Assembly (NCBI GenBank): GCA_002811645.1
Contig: PDIP01000026.1
Coordinates: 196,367 to 260,366 of the forward strand
Direction: 5' to 3'
DNA length: 64,000 nt
Source: Corallochytrium limacisporum Hawaii
Lineage: Eukaryota > Protista > Pluriformea
Shown one piece after another: positions 20,036-31,834 of the stretch. The notes beneath the pieces were generated by a model. That model had not been told where the DNA came from. It ran no database searches and saw only the letters and a list, made by a program, of their open reading frames with translations. The translations under genes were made by a program, and so were the position numbers. Each line of letters starts with the position of its first letter. The first letter of the stretch is position 1.

Positions 20036-22151
20036 TAGCCTTTGCGGAAACGAAAGTGAGTGCCCACACAGCGGAAACCATTGTTCCTTTCTGCGGTAGC
20101 GAGCGGGGTCCAACGTGGCGGTCCGCAGAAAACACCACCCAACCCTAACCGTCAACGCCCCCACCTGCATCCCCCCTCCCCACCCCCCCCCTTTTTTTCC
20201 ACCCGCGGGGGAATGTTCCCGGGGCAGGGGAGAAATGGCAGGGGACCGACCGCCGGGCCAAGAACACCGAAAAAAAAAAATAACCACCTACCACCCAAAA
20301 TGGAAAGAAACTAAAAGAAAAAAAAGGAAAGGAACAAAAGTAAAAGGGAGAAGGATATAAGAACAAACGAACCCCTTAAGAGCGAATGTAAGCAACATTC
20401 CAGTACACCGCTGCGGGTGTTGGGGTTTTTGGGGCCAAGACAGTGGGAAGCGAACGAGGAGAATGACTTTTGGGGGGGGGGGAGAGAGAGAGAGAGAGAG
20501 AATGGGAGAGATGAGATGAAAACCAAAGATGCCCCACGGACACACACTCACACACACACACACAAAACACAAAGTAGAATTTAAAAAAAAAAGCAAATTA
20601 CAAAACAAAACAAAAAAGATACAAAAAAAAAAAGAGAAATGAGACGCTGCTTCTGTGACTATGGGCCCGCTGGTCCCTGAGTTGCCCGGGTGTGGTTAGT
20701 CGGTCTACCCCGCGCAATCCGAAAAGGAAGGCCAAGACCAAAACGTCTGGCGGGTGGCAATACCTGGCCGTGTGCGGTGTGGTCGGACGGGGCTCGTGAT
20801 CTGTATACTTAATGTACTGCAATGTTTTGTTAAGAGTTATTCATCACCGGTGCCCTGACGCCGGAGTGTCGACGTGCCTGCAGCTCTGCACTGTGGGCTT
20901 GTCATTGGAGAGCGGTGGTATAGTTTTTCTATCGACACATCATTCGTTCATGAGAAACAATAGTGAGCCGGTGCTGATATTGTGTGACATGGCACACTGG
21001 CCGTTCAGCGATGGTGTGCAGAGAGAGAGAGAGAGGGGGGGGAGAGAATCCTGCCTGGTGCGTTTCCCCCTTTTTTATTGTTGGCTTGGGGCCGGGGGGT
21101 TGGTGATCTCTGCGTCCCGCCTGTCCCGTCCGTGACACTCGTGTGACACATGTCAATCCCAACCGAGGAGCTAGCTTTGGTGTGTAACATTTTCAACATC
21201 GACCGACCCCACTTGGCCCACACCACCGTCGACACTCTCCCCTCCACCCGGCCCCCCCCCTCCCCGAGAGGGTCCCGTGAGCACACAGGCACTGTGTGCA
21301 GTTAAAAAGAAAAGGAATGAAACGCAAAAGCGTACCCAAACCCCCCCTCCCCCAAGGACATAGGGTCACAGGAGAAGCATAGAGGAAACGAAGGATTTTT
21401 TTTTCTTTTTTTTTTCCCTTTCTTCCTTCTCTTTTCTTCTGTGTTCCCGGGAAAATCTTTGGGGGGGGGGGGGGTTTCAAGGGAGAAGGAGATCGTGCCA
21501 GCGGAGGGACACCCCCCCCCCACCCCGAGGAGGGGGGTCACCGATTTTGCAATTCTTCCCGGTTTCTCCTATGGTTTCACTATAAGAAGTCCAAACTCAT
21601 CTGGGCCTCTTTTTGGCCCGCCCCTCCCTCCCACCGCAGAAATGGAAACACTCCGAAACGGACCGATGGCGTGGAAGGGGAACGATGGACGAAAGTGGAA
21701 GTGTTTGCATCGATGGCTGTCAGCTCGGTATGCAGTGTCCGTCGTAAGCAGGCCTCAACAAATTGCTTGTAAATATTTACCCGTCATCAGTCTGCTTCTA
21801 GCCGAAGATTGGCTTTCTGTTTGTTTGGTATGACGCTGTAGTTTTTGTGGAACTGTGGCAAGGCTTTATGCGTCCTCAATACGTAGAAGAAATCTGGCAC
21901 TCTAAACAACAGGAGCTTCAATATCTTTGTAATCAAGTTCAAGAAATTATCAAATCAATAGGGTATTCAGAGAACTTTTTCCATACGCGGGCCTGTGTAC
22001 TTTTCATTTGGGCCTCTTTTCCAACTCGGGCCTCTATTTTCTGTGACTTGACGGCCTGAAAGTGGCAGCTACAGGGAACACGTAGAGATCTCTGGGCAAC
22101 AGATCATAGACCAATCACCGTGACATAGTATTCCAAACGAAACAGAAAACC

Positions 22152-23123
22152 ATGGCTCCCAGGAACAGCCGTAAGCGTAAGGCTGACTCGGATCCTCCCA
22201 GTGAGCTCTCTAATAGCAGTGATCCGGAGAAGACTTTCCTAACGCACGTGGACGAGGACCAGGACCTGGCTGCCACCGCTGCTAACGTCGGACCGGCACC
22301 GTACACAAGGGAAATGGAAACCTACGACATCGCAGGCGACAAAGGTAAGGGCCGCCCCGGTTACGACTTTCCAGCCCGTGTCTATGCCGACGGCATTTTT
22401 GATCTGTTTCACGCTGGCCACGCACGCATGCTCATGCAGGCCAAGATGCTCCTGCCAAAGGTCCATCTGGTGGTCGGTGTCTGCAGCGATGAGGTCACGC
22501 ATAAGTTCAAGGGTCACACTGTCAACAACGAATTCGAGCGCTATGAGTCAGTTCGTCACTGCCGCTACGTCGACGAGGTGCTCACAGACGCGCCCTGGGT
22601 GCCTACTCTTGATTTCATGGATAGTCACGGCCTACACTTTATTGCGCATGACGATATTCCTTACAACTCTGCCGGGTCTGATGATGTGTACGCCGAAGCG
22701 AAGAAGGTAGGCCGCTTCCTTGCCACCCAACGCACCGAGGGTGTCTCAACATCCGACATTATCACGCGTATTGTCAAAGACTACAACCGCTACGTGCGCC
22801 GCAACCTGTCCCGGGGCTACAGCCGACAGGAATTGAACGTGAGTTTCACGCGGGAGAAGCGCATAAAGCTCGAACACTCAATCGATGAACTGAAGAAGAC
22901 CATGGAGGGACGCCTGCATAATCTTCTGAAACCATTCGGTGAGGACTTTCTGAACCGCTTCAGTGTGTCAAAGACCATCCAGGACACGATGAACACGGTG
23001 CAGCGGGCTCTGTCGCCACCCTCGTCGCCAGTGAGCGACCGTTCACCGGATGTCTCACCGGATCGGGCCACTCCTGAAAGTAACGGCAAAGGCCGCGGCT
23101 CAACAGCGAGGACATCGGTGTAA
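22152..23123 (+). CDS. PCYT1: Choline-phosphate cytidylyltransferase (CCT)
   Basis: [23 protein letters not shown] (HXGH motif), [33 protein letters not shown], amphipathic M domain, SP-rich tail, N-terminal RKRK NLS. Confidence 0.96.
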   Translation: MAPRNSRKRKADSDPPSELSNSSDPEKTFLTHVDEDQDLAATAANVGPAPYTREMETYDIAGDKGKGRPGYDFPARVYADGIFDLFHAGHARMLMQAKMLLPKVHLVVGVCSDEVTHKFKGHTVNNEFERYESVRHCRYVDEVLTDAPWVPTLDFMDSHGLHFIAHDDIPYNSAGSDDVYAEAKKVGRFLATQRTEGVSTSDIITRIVKDYNRYVRRNLSRGYSRQELNVSFTREKRIKLEHSIDELKKTMEGRLHNLLKPFGEDFLNRFSVSKTIQDTMNTVQRALSPPSSPVSDRSPDVSPDRATPESNGKGRGSTARTSV

Positions 23124-23441
23124 AGTGCTCCGCAAAGCCGGAATCGAAAGCAGGATATTGCCGGTACGGAGCGAGTGAAGGAAACTATCAGACACACAGA
23201 GAGAACTAGTAGTAGCCGGAAACAAGAACTTTTAGCACACAACGGCTTTAACCAAATACGCAAATACGCAGCAGTGCCATAAAATACATTTTTTTCGTCA
23301 CATTTTCCAAAACAGAGAACATCGCGTTCAAAAGACCAGAAGCGAGCAGGTAATCGTTCTTTTGACATACACTAAGATCGCGGTGATTTGTTTATTTTGT
23401 GGATTCTGCGACACATCATTTGACTCACAGAGGGATTCATT

Positions 23442-26210
23442 TCAGAATTGCATGTGGCTCATGCTCTCACGAATGTAAGGCAGGACATCTCGTGGCTTAG
23501 CCTTACCGATCACATTGATTCCCATGCCGCTGACCTTAACCTCCAAGAGTGCCACGATGCGATTGGTAAAGGTGACCGTGCAGAAGAGGGAGGTCTCTCC
23601 GCCCGTGTCCCGTTTCGTGGTAATCATGATGTTGTTGGCCTCAAGCACAGCCGCCACGTGATCTGGTGATGATCCCCCGCTCAGCTGGAAGGTCAACATG
23701 TCAGAATCCGGTGATGCCCCCCACATCTCAAGCCACTGCTGCTCGGGCAGAGCTGGCTGTTCGGTGAAGAAGACATGGATGGGAACTTGGCACTGGAAAT
23801 ATATGACCCCAGTGTTGTTCTTTACTGCAACCTGTAGATTGTTAAGAGGATCCATCTTCTGTACGGGACCAGTAGTTGCCATTGGCAGCACGATGCGCTC
23901 ACTTGCGTTCGGCACGAGATTGCCAACTTCCATAGGGCCGGCGCCCACGAGACCAAAGGAGCTCTTGTTAAATTGAATTCCAAACCCATTCATAGGTGCC
24001 ATTGTGTTGTTGAAGAGGTTCATATTCATGAGGACCTGTCCACTGCGACGCTCGAAAGAGGCATCAATACTAAGGCCCTTGCCCTGCTGCGGGTTCAGGA
24101 CGTTGACCATGGGCACACTCAGAGGTTGTGGCTGACCAACCCCACCCATGCCACCATAGCCCCCAGCACCGGCCGCCCCGCCCATACCGAGCATGTCAAA
24201 GTCATCGAGGCCACCGCCTACGCCGCCAACACCGCCGGTGGGTTGTGCAGGTCCTGAGCTGAAGCCACCGTCCAGATTGAGGTCAAGCAAATCACCAATG
24301 AGGTCGTTGCCGCCTCCCTGGTTGGAAATTACACGAGGTTCCTGGCCCTGGGCGGCGCGGGCTTCGGCAGCTCGATCGTAGATCTCCGGCCGTTCTTCCT
24401 CATCGCCTTCCTGGGACATCGAGCGCTGCATTGGGGCAGCACGGCCACGCACGCCGGCTCGTCCACCAATGAATGTATGGGGAGGCTTATGGTAGACAGA
24501 GGCAAGGGACCCAATGTGGCCAATGAGCTCATCGAGCAAGTTCGGCTCCAGAGAGTCACCCTCATCGCTGATAAGCGGCTTCTCGGCCAGTACAACGGCC
24601 TGGGCAGCTTGAGGATCAGCGGACAACAGACGCCAATAAATGTAACCACGATCACGCAAGTCTGGATTATCAGATTCTTGGGTGGCCAGGGTGAGCACAC
24701 GTTGAACAAGCTCCTGTGTCTCTTGGGGCTTGTTGAGGAAGAGTTTCACTGTGGAGGTCAGCAGTTGCAACTGCACCTGGGCATTTTCATCGGCAAAGTT
24801 TTCGAGGAAACTCTCCAGCAACTCGTCGGCATTGTCGATGCGGGCGCTGTACTCACCAATGATCCAGATCATGGCGGCCTTGGCCTCGGGCTCGTCCAGG
24901 CTCTCCAAATTCTCGCACAGCAGAGCAATGATGGATTCGTAGCGGTTAGGGTAGCGCCGGAAAATGTCCTTAATGACAACGATAGCCTCCTGTACGACAT
25001 AATTTACCCGGGTTTGGATCAAATCCAGTAGCGTGTCGATGCATTGCTGGGCAGCACTCTCGATCTTGATGGCGCAGCGACCAATGCTGCGCACGCTGCG
25101 ACGCACAAAATCGACATCGACCTCAGTGGCGTATTCCTTGAGCTCAGCCAGGACCTGTGTAATGTTTTCTTCGTCCACTAGCTTCAAGATGATGTTGAGC
25201 TTCTCGAGCTTGACGTAGATGGGATCATTGTACTTGACAAAGAAGACCTTGATGTCCTTATTCAGAATGTTAGGCATCTTCTGGACCACTAAGTTGATAT
25301 TGCGCAGTGCAACATACTGGACCTCAGGTTCAGAAGAGACTAGGGTGACCAGCGGGGGCGCCAGTTTTTTGGAAGTGTACTCGATGAACATGCGGTCATG
25401 TACCATCCCGATGTACTTCATGATAACCTTGACTGCACTAAGCACAACAGCCCCGTTGGCGTGCTGCAGACGCGGAGACACACGTTCAATGATACTTTGT
25501 GCCTCCTGTTCGCTGCCCGGCTGGTACTCGCTGAGAGCGTCCAGAATGAAAATCTGACCCCACTCGGTGCACTCGTTCAGGGCTGTCAGTAGCTTGTTCA
25601 GAGTCGCCTTGTTGATCTCAAAGACATTTTGCTGGCTTGTTTCGGCAATTTCAGCTAGAGCAGCGACTGCGTTGGCGACCACCATATGGTTAGAGTCGGA
25701 CAGCAAATCCTTCAGCATATCGAGGAAACCCTGATCCTCTACCAATGCTCCATTGATATCGTAGAGCTTTGCGACGCAGACAGCAGCAGTCTTGCGAACA
25801 TATGGATCCGGGTCATTTAAACACTTCCGGAGAGGCTCACACAGATATTCTGTAATCTTGTCGACGCGAATGCAACCCATTGTTCGGACAGCAAGGGCGC
25901 GAATCAGAGGATTCGGATCCATGCAATCCTTCACGAAACTGTTAACGGCAAGAATGGCCAGGTCAGGCTGTGATTTGGCGTAGTTCATCAGGTACAAGTA
26001 GACCAACTTCTTCAATTCGAGATTGTCGGTCTGCATGCAGTTGATAACATCGGGGAACAAAGCAGACACATCCTTGCCTACAGTCATAGAAGCGATCACC
26101 TTCTTGACCGCCTCTTTCTTGCGTTCCCTCTTATCAGAGTTGAGTTCAGCTTTCAACTCATAGATCTCACCCTTCTTGGTGGTCGAAAAGTATTTCGAAC
26201 CGTCCGACAT
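23442..26210 (-). CDS. AP1B1: AP-1/AP-2 adaptor complex beta subunit
   Basis: MSDGSKYFSTTKKGEIYELKAELNS, KLVYLYLMNYAKSQPDLAILAVN, DNPDLRDRGYIYWRLL; hinge clathrin box LLDLN; appendage domain. Confidence 0.97.
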   Translation of the reverse strand: MSDGSKYFSTTKKGEIYELKAELNSDKRERKKEAVKKVIASMTVGKDVSALFPDVINCMQTDNLELKKLVYLYLMNYAKSQPDLAILAVNSFVKDCMDPNPLIRALAVRTMGCIRVDKITEYLCEPLRKCLNDPDPYVRKTAAVCVAKLYDINGALVEDQGFLDMLKDLLSDSNHMVVANAVAALAEIAETSQQNVFEINKATLNKLLTALNECTEWGQIFILDALSEYQPGSEQEAQSIIERVSPRLQHANGAVVLSAVKVIMKYIGMVHDRMFIEYTSKKLAPPLVTLVSSEPEVQYVALRNINLVVQKMPNILNKDIKVFFVKYNDPIYVKLEKLNIILKLVDEENITQVLAELKEYATEVDVDFVRRSVRSIGRCAIKIESAAQQCIDTLLDLIQTRVNYVVQEAIVVIKDIFRRYPNRYESIIALLCENLESLDEPEAKAAMIWIIGEYSARIDNADELLESFLENFADENAQVQLQLLTSTVKLFLNKPQETQELVQRVLTLATQESDNPDLRDRGYIYWRLLSADPQAAQAVVLAEKPLISDEGDSLEPNLLDELIGHIGSLASVYHKPPHTFIGGRAGVRGRAAPMQRSMSQEGDEEERPEIYDRAAEARAAQGQEPRVISNQGGGNDLIGDLLDLNLDGGFSSGPAQPTGGVGGVGGGLDDFDMLGMGGAAGAGGYGGMGGVGQPQPLSVPMVNVLNPQQGKGLSIDASFERRSGQVLMNMNLFNNTMAPMNGFGIQFNKSSFGLVGAGPMEVGNLVPNASERIVLPMATTGPVQKMDPLNNLQVAVKNNTGVIYFQCQVPIHVFFTEQPALPEQQWLEMWGASPDSDMLTFQLSGGSSPDHVAAVLEANNIMITTKRDTGGETSLFCTVTFTNRIVALLEVKVSGMGINVIGKAKPRDVLPYIRESMSHMQF

Positions 26211-27127
26211 GTTGACTGATCTACCTGTACACTAGACCCTCGTACAGTCCAAGTAAATCCGGAAACGACACTTCAGTCGAACACAGAGGCAACGGTGTGA
26301 ATTGGGAATAGCTCGGACACTGAGACTCTTATACCATGACTTGTTTATCACGTCCATAGAAAATTTCTATCTAAAAGTGGGTCTCAAACTGAATGATATG
26401 GTTGATCCTGCTCCCTGCCAACCGCCGAAAGCCACTCCGATGCCAAAGATACATCATCGCCGAGGAACGGCCGCAAGCTGCGCCCAAAGGGAGAGCAAAC
26501 GGTTCGTCCTACGAGCCAGACTCCACCCCGCTCGGACACGGCAGTTAGTACTGACACTATGGCCTTGCCGAAAGAGAAAACAACACTCAGCCAGGTAGTC
26601 GCTTAGGGCACGACACGGAAGTGAGTTTCCGAGCGCGGGCAGGCAGAGAGTGGGAGAAAGGCGCGGGGTTGACGGGGAGAGGTCCTTGTCTACGGTACCG
26701 AAACTATCAGAGGCGGGCCGGACGTAAAGAAAAACAGTCGAGGTCGCGGCCTTGGCTTTGGTCCCCCCCTCCCGGCCCCTAGCCTACAAGCTGGACAGCG
26801 AGCCAAAACATTGTGGTTGTAATTATATATACTGATATTTATGAAATTGAATAATATGTAGGCCAATAATGGATTATTTATGTACGGTAAATGCTAATAA
26901 CCAAGAGTAGTGAATGTATCGAAGGAAGCAGTCCTAGTCTTGGTGGAAATCGGCGGAGCTCGGCATCCAAGAGACGAGCGAACCTCGACAGTCCGGACGC
27001 AGAGCCTGGTTCAGGGGAGATTTCGACATGAAAGGTAGAAGAAGGTATTCAGCATCCATACTAGACACCTATAAACTACAGTCCCTCTTACAACGAAATT
27101 CTCATCAAACAGCATTCTAAGACAAAA

Positions 27128-27406
27128 ATGTCAGTTATTTTGTACATGTCTTCCGTTTCCGGAAGTATGGCTGTAAAGAAACAGACACAGTCCATCAGTA
27201 CCCTATTGGAAGCACATAAGATTCCATACACCATGGTAGATGTGTCCCTATCAGAGAACGAAGATAAGAAGATTCACATGACGGACATTAGCGGGAAGCG
27301 CACTCTGCCCCAGGTGCATGTAGGAGATGAGTACATTGGCGGTTGGGAAGAGATTGAGATGGCCAATGAGGACGGCCGCTTGCGCCACCTTCTTCGTTCT
27401 ACATGA
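27128..27406 (+). CDS. SH3BGRL: SH3BGR-like glutaredoxin-fold protein
   Basis: VILYMSSVSGSMAVKKQTQ..LLEAHKIPY..VDVS, TLPQVHVGDEYIGGWEE; no CXXC motif. Confidence 0.88.
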   Translation: MSVILYMSSVSGSMAVKKQTQSISTLLEAHKIPYTMVDVSLSENEDKKIHMTDISGKRTLPQVHVGDEYIGGWEEIEMANEDGRLRHLLRST

Positions 27407-27460
27407 AGTAACAAACGGATTTCTTTATGAATGAATATATGGGTTGTTATGTATTGACTA

Positions 27461-28297
27461 TCACTCGTGACGATTCAGACCAATAATGTAGAACTCTGAG
27501 CTTTCTTTATGCGTTGCCTTCGGCCGGCAGTCCTGTACAGTTTCGAAATAGTTGCTCACCAAAGTGCGAAACTCCTTGTCATGCTTACCATGGAGTAATT
27601 TGGTCACAAAGTGGCCGCCCGGCTCCAAATTCTCCACAGCAAACAGCAAGGCACTGGATGCAAGCTCAATAATGCGGTCGTGGTCAACGTGATTTTGACC
27701 ACATGCCTTGGCCGCCATATCACTTGACACCAGGGACGGTCTGCGCCCAATGGGAACGGCATTCATGATCTTAGGCCATTGAGCCGTCTCCAGTACATCA
27801 GTTTCGTCTACTGATATCACTCCCGGCAAATATTCAATGGATTCCAGGTCCACAGCCACTACCAACGGGTCCTCGTCATCACCAAGTAATAAGATATCTT
27901 CTTCATCCCCGTCGTACACCTTGGAGACAAAGTACTGGCACCAGCCGCCAGGAAAGGCTCCAAGATCAATTACTACGTCGCCTGTCTTAAGTAAATTAAA
28001 CCGACGATCCAACTCCTCGATTTTGAAATATGACCGACTACGGAGGCCCTTCCGCCTGGCCTCCATAACAAATGGGTCTGTTAGTGACCGCTGTAGCCAC
28101 TCTGTGGAGCTTTTACTGTCGCCCAAAAGCTCAGCTGCTTCTCTTCGTGAATACCTCCCTTTGATTCTCTCCCCCTGAGGTTTATTCTTGCGGGATCTGA
28201 AGCCACGCACACGACGCATGCTCATAGATCGGGTCTGGCAAAGCAGTCCCATCCCTGCTCTGCTAGCCATTGCCCGCTGTGCGGCCCAACCCAACAT
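27461..28297 (-). CDS. MRM2: Mitochondrial rRNA 2'-O-methyltransferase (RrmJ/FtsJ family)
   Basis: Arg-rich presequence; WLQRSLTDPFV, RSRSYFKIEELD, VIDLGAFPGGW, SDMA, FVTK, SSEFY (K-D-K-E tetrad). First ATG at 28297. Confidence 0.9.
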   Translation of the reverse strand: MLGWAAQRAMASRAGMGLLCQTRSMSMRRVRGFRSRKNKPQGERIKGRYSRREAAELLGDSKSSTEWLQRSLTDPFVMEARRKGLRSRSYFKIEELDRRFNLLKTGDVVIDLGAFPGGWCQYFVSKVYDGDEEDILLLGDDEDPLVVAVDLESIEYLPGVISVDETDVLETAQWPKIMNAVPIGRRPSLVSSDMAAKACGQNHVDHDRIIELASSALLFAVENLEPGGHFVTKLLHGKHDKEFRTLVSNYFETVQDCRPKATHKESSEFYIIGLNRHE

Positions 28298-28938
28298 TAT
28301 ACGGTTACGAAACAAAAGACATCATTCCTTTACTTTCTTTGCGATCAAATAGTTTTATCATCCAAGAGAGTACTCTGCTAATGTGCCGGCATGCATTGAT
28401 ACTCAATCTCTTGTACCTGGGTCCCTTCAACCAAATGCCACCTGTCCTGATCAAGGCGGGGTCCCACGGGCGAAGACTGGCCCACTGTGTGCAGGAGAAC
28501 GGTAACTGGATATCGGAGTCTAATTTTCAGAAGAATGCGAGCAGTAAACTCTAGGAGAAGAAAAGCGGGGAATGGGGAGGTTGGGGAGCGAAAACGGGGC
28601 CGCGATAGCAGGGATGGGGGTTTGTGGGCGATTCTCTATCCCACAACACCGGTCTCGCCATCTCCCAGTAGCGCCTCCCTATCTTCGCTGGATTTTCCCT
28701 GTTCTCGTCGCTTGGTGGCTGCTTTATGGTCCGGGACCCAGCCAGCCGGAAGGGTATTGGTCCGGACGAGTTGGAGATGCGTGTCCATTTGGTTTCTCCT
28801 TTCGAGGCGCCTATTAGAGACTCCATATTGAGGTTAATGCATTACAACCCTTTTGATCTATCTGCAAAACAGAAGTCGTGTTGGAGAGATTGTAGCGCCT
28901 TATAATGCGCTAGAGAGGTCCGTGAATTTATTGAAAGG

Positions 28939-29316
28939 ATGATTTCGAGTGTACTCAAGGAGCATTCCCGGCGTCAAGACGAGCAAAAAGCACTTATTGA
29001 CGAGAAAAAAGCAGCTGTGGGCGAGAAGATCGATCAATACACGCAAGTGGTCACTGCTGACGCATCTCGGATTATTTCGCGGGTCCATTTTCAGCAGAAG
29101 GCAATAGAGGACTCCTGTAAGACTTTACACGCTCTCACGGATAAACAGCAGAAGGCATCGCAGAAGTGGTTGGGGGCTCTGAAGGATTTTCACCAATGCT
29201 TGAAGGAGCTTGGTGACGTAGAGACGTGGACACTGAGCATTGAGAGAGATTTGGCGGTGGTGACAGAATCTCTTGAGAAAATAGCAGAACAGAAGGCTGC
29301 GGGACCCTCGGCATAG
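28939..29316 (+). CDS. BLOC1S1: BLOC-1/BORC subunit 1 (GCN5L1)
   Basis: MISSVLKEH start, QKAIED, W...KDFHQCLKELGDVETWTLSIERDLAVVTESLE family signature; 125 aa. Confidence 0.92.
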   Translation: MISSVLKEHSRRQDEQKALIDEKKAAVGEKIDQYTQVVTADASRIISRVHFQQKAIEDSCKTLHALTDKQQKASQKWLGALKDFHQCLKELGDVETWTLSIERDLAVVTESLEKIAEQKAAGPSA

Positions 29317-29329
29317 ACCAAGTGTAAAT

Positions 29330-31834
29330 ATGGAAGAGAATTTGAATCTGCGACGTCGTTTCAGTGATGGACCTGGACCGGGACCATCCACAACGACCCG
29401 TGGAAGCTCTCGCGGGAGAACCACTAGCAAGAGTAATGCGGAAGCAACGCAACCGAAAAGTGCGGAGAGCATAGGGAATATGCTGAGCAAGGCAGGTCCC
29501 GCGGCGCCAATTCAGCTTTTTGCGAACTGGGAAATTGACACGGCCTCGCCAGCATCAGTTCCTAGGACACTAATAGTTCGGATTACGAATATCATGCTTG
29601 ACGCCGCGGAGGCAGAGAGTGGAGTGGTTTTGGCCGTCGGCCTGCTCGGTGGTCGACGAACCCTGCGAAGTAATGAGTTACGGTTTGAAAGGGCTGAGAA
29701 GCATAAAGCCGATGTCACGTTCACAATCAACTATACCCACATGAAGGACTTCAATCAGAACATATTTGAAGTGAAGCTGCAGAGAAGAAAGCACTACAAG
29801 AAACGAAAGATATTCGGCTTTCGGACCATTGTTGCGTACGTACTGGACGTGAACCGAGTACTCCAATCGCCTATGGAGCATAAGGAAGTAACACTTGTCG
29901 CAAGGGAACCTGGCAGTGGACAGAAGCGCATGTCGCGAGATATGACTGACAGAAAGACCCAGAAGAGTGCTGACAAAGCTGATCTTGTCATATCGGCCAT
30001 GACCGTACGCCAAGACAAACCTATCTTCAAGGATCAGATTGCAAAATCACCGACACTTACCTGGCAAGAACCGGAAGAAACACAAGACATGTCTCAAACG
30101 GATGACAGTCTTAGTGATGTTGGCGACGCCGAAATTATGCCCGAATTGAAGTTAGACGGGGGTACAAGAGCTCCACGGGAACGAAGTGTTTCCGTACCTG
30201 CTGTTCGCAAAGGTAAGGGAACATCTCCGGGAGCAGCAGCGGCCGCTCTAAGAAACCCAATCAACACGTTTCTCAAGAGTTTCAAGAAGGAAGAGGAGCC
30301 GGAAAGTGATAGCTTGCATCGGGACTCAATGATTGAGGAAGACGGTTTGGAAGAGTTTGATGATCTAGATGAGGCGCCCATCCCGGAGCACTCCATCGAA
30401 GGATCATATGTTAGTACTTCAGAGGATGAGACAACTACTACTACAGAACGTGGCGAGACCACGAGTGGTTCTGCCCGCTTTAAGCCATTTTTTGCTAACC
30501 AGGACGGTTTCTATGACCCGAACTTGGACAGCAGGCATAAACAGCACCCGATGCAGACGCCAGACGTGACCGTAACACGCACACCATCGACTCAAGCGCG
30601 ATTTGGCAGCTCACGATCGCTGACTGACATAACAGAGCAACAGGGAGTGTCCAATGCCCTTCGTTGTGTGAAGCAGGTCTTCGTAACACAACCGAAGCAA
30701 CCATATTTCATTCTCTTTGATACTTCTGACAAGTTCGGTGGCAAGACACACAAGGCCTTTAAGACCGCTCATGCATCTGGAAACAGTGTAGTTGCACCTG
30801 AAACACATTGTATTCCAGTTTCTTCGCCCGAGGAGCTAAAGACATTGCTGGACAACTGCATTTATGGCTTGGTGGGTGAAATTGGAACGGATGTTCGCAG
30901 CATGCGAATCATGCTGGTTGGGGGGCCAATGATGCTTCACTTGGTAGTTTGCTTGTTCACGGCTGTGATGCAAGTTGTACCGCAGTCTGCGTGGAGTAAG
31001 CTGCGGTTCTATCCAGTGATCTATGGTGATGAGTATGAATCCGTATCCGTACAACTGGGTACTATTGACCTCACCTACCGATCCTATTTCTCCCCTGAGA
31101 GACTTTCCAGCTGGTTCGGAGAAGACACAAACCTGGACTCCAATGAAATCGTAGAAGGGCTGATGCGCTACTTGACAGAAGCTCAGGAAGTTCTGCGTTG
31201 GCCAATTGCTGAAGCTGTAGTTACATCAACAAATTCATTCAAAGACGTCGCCTCTGCCCGACTACTGGGCAATGAGGGCAAGATGCAATGCCCTATCCCG
31301 TTCGTCGGCCACCTGACAGTGGAGGGCATGAGGGTGAAGCCATCTTCAAAGAGGGATGTTGCTACACTGGATAGTATCGATATGTCGGTTGATTATTGGG
31401 CGCCCAAAAAGAAAAAGGGTTTGGCCGAAGCTAAAGCTGATGAAAGAAGCCTGCGGGGCACTGCAGAGGATCGGCAGCAAACGAGAGGTAATTTCTTGTA
31501 CTTCAAGGTATATCGGTGCTTTGAGGATGCCAAGTCGATGGTCGCACCCACAGGCACATTTTGCTTCACGAGTACTGTAAAGGGAAGTGATATCAGAAGC
31601 ACGGTGAAGAATCGTATCAATAAGATGCTGAACGAGAACTTCGTGAAGCAGGGTGGAGGCAGTACACTGTCCGGCTATGGTAGTAAGATGATTATTTCTC
31701 CAACGTCGAAGGCCGATGTGCTGGCCATTAACATCGATGGCTGTACCTATCGTGCGATCCGGTTTTGCCAGCTAGGCGCTTCTTGGCCCACGGGCGTAGA
31801 CAAGTTCCCGGTCGCGACCTGGATCGATCCGTAA
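29330..31834 (+). CDS. PACS: Phosphofurin acidic cluster sorting protein (PACS1/2-like)
   Basis: PIQLFANWEID..PASVPR, RRTLRSNE, FTINYTH, LQRRKHYKKRKIFGFRT in the furin-binding region; internal acidic cluster; C-terminal IDGCTY..IRFCQLGASWPTGVDKFPV. Alternative start at 29480. Confidence 0.88.
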   Translation: MEENLNLRRRFSDGPGPGPSTTTRGSSRGRTTSKSNAEATQPKSAESIGNMLSKAGPAAPIQLFANWEIDTASPASVPRTLIVRITNIMLDAAEAESGVVLAVGLLGGRRTLRSNELRFERAEKHKADVTFTINYTHMKDFNQNIFEVKLQRRKHYKKRKIFGFRTIVAYVLDVNRVLQSPMEHKEVTLVAREPGSGQKRMSRDMTDRKTQKSADKADLVISAMTVRQDKPIFKDQIAKSPTLTWQEPEETQDMSQTDDSLSDVGDAEIMPELKLDGGTRAPRERSVSVPAVRKGKGTSPGAAAAALRNPINTFLKSFKKEEEPESDSLHRDSMIEEDGLEEFDDLDEAPIPEHSIEGSYVSTSEDETTTTTERGETTSGSARFKPFFANQDGFYDPNLDSRHKQHPMQTPDVTVTRTPSTQARFGSSRSLTDITEQQGVSNALRCVKQVFVTQPKQPYFILFDTSDKFGGKTHKAFKTAHASGNSVVAPETHCIPVSSPEELKTLLDNCIYGLVGEIGTDVRSMRIMLVGGPMMLHLVVCLFTAVMQVVPQSAWSKLRFYPVIYGDEYESVSVQLGTIDLTYRSYFSPERLSSWFGEDTNLDSNEIVEGLMRYLTEAQEVLRWPIAEAVVTSTNSFKDVASARLLGNEGKMQCPIPFVGHLTVEGMRVKPSSKRDVATLDSIDMSVDYWAPKKKKGLAEAKADERSLRGTAEDRQQTRGNFLYFKVYRCFEDAKSMVAPTGTFCFTSTVKGSDIRSTVKNRINKMLNENFVKQGGGSTLSGYGSKMIISPTSKADVLAINIDGCTYRAIRFCQLGASWPTGVDKFPVATWIDP

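Noticed and set aside
20141-20150. AACCCTAACC (and AGGGTTAGGG at 14768) as a telomerase template or telomeric seed
   Set aside because: 10-nt matches are expected by chance in 64 kb, and there is no supporting structure.
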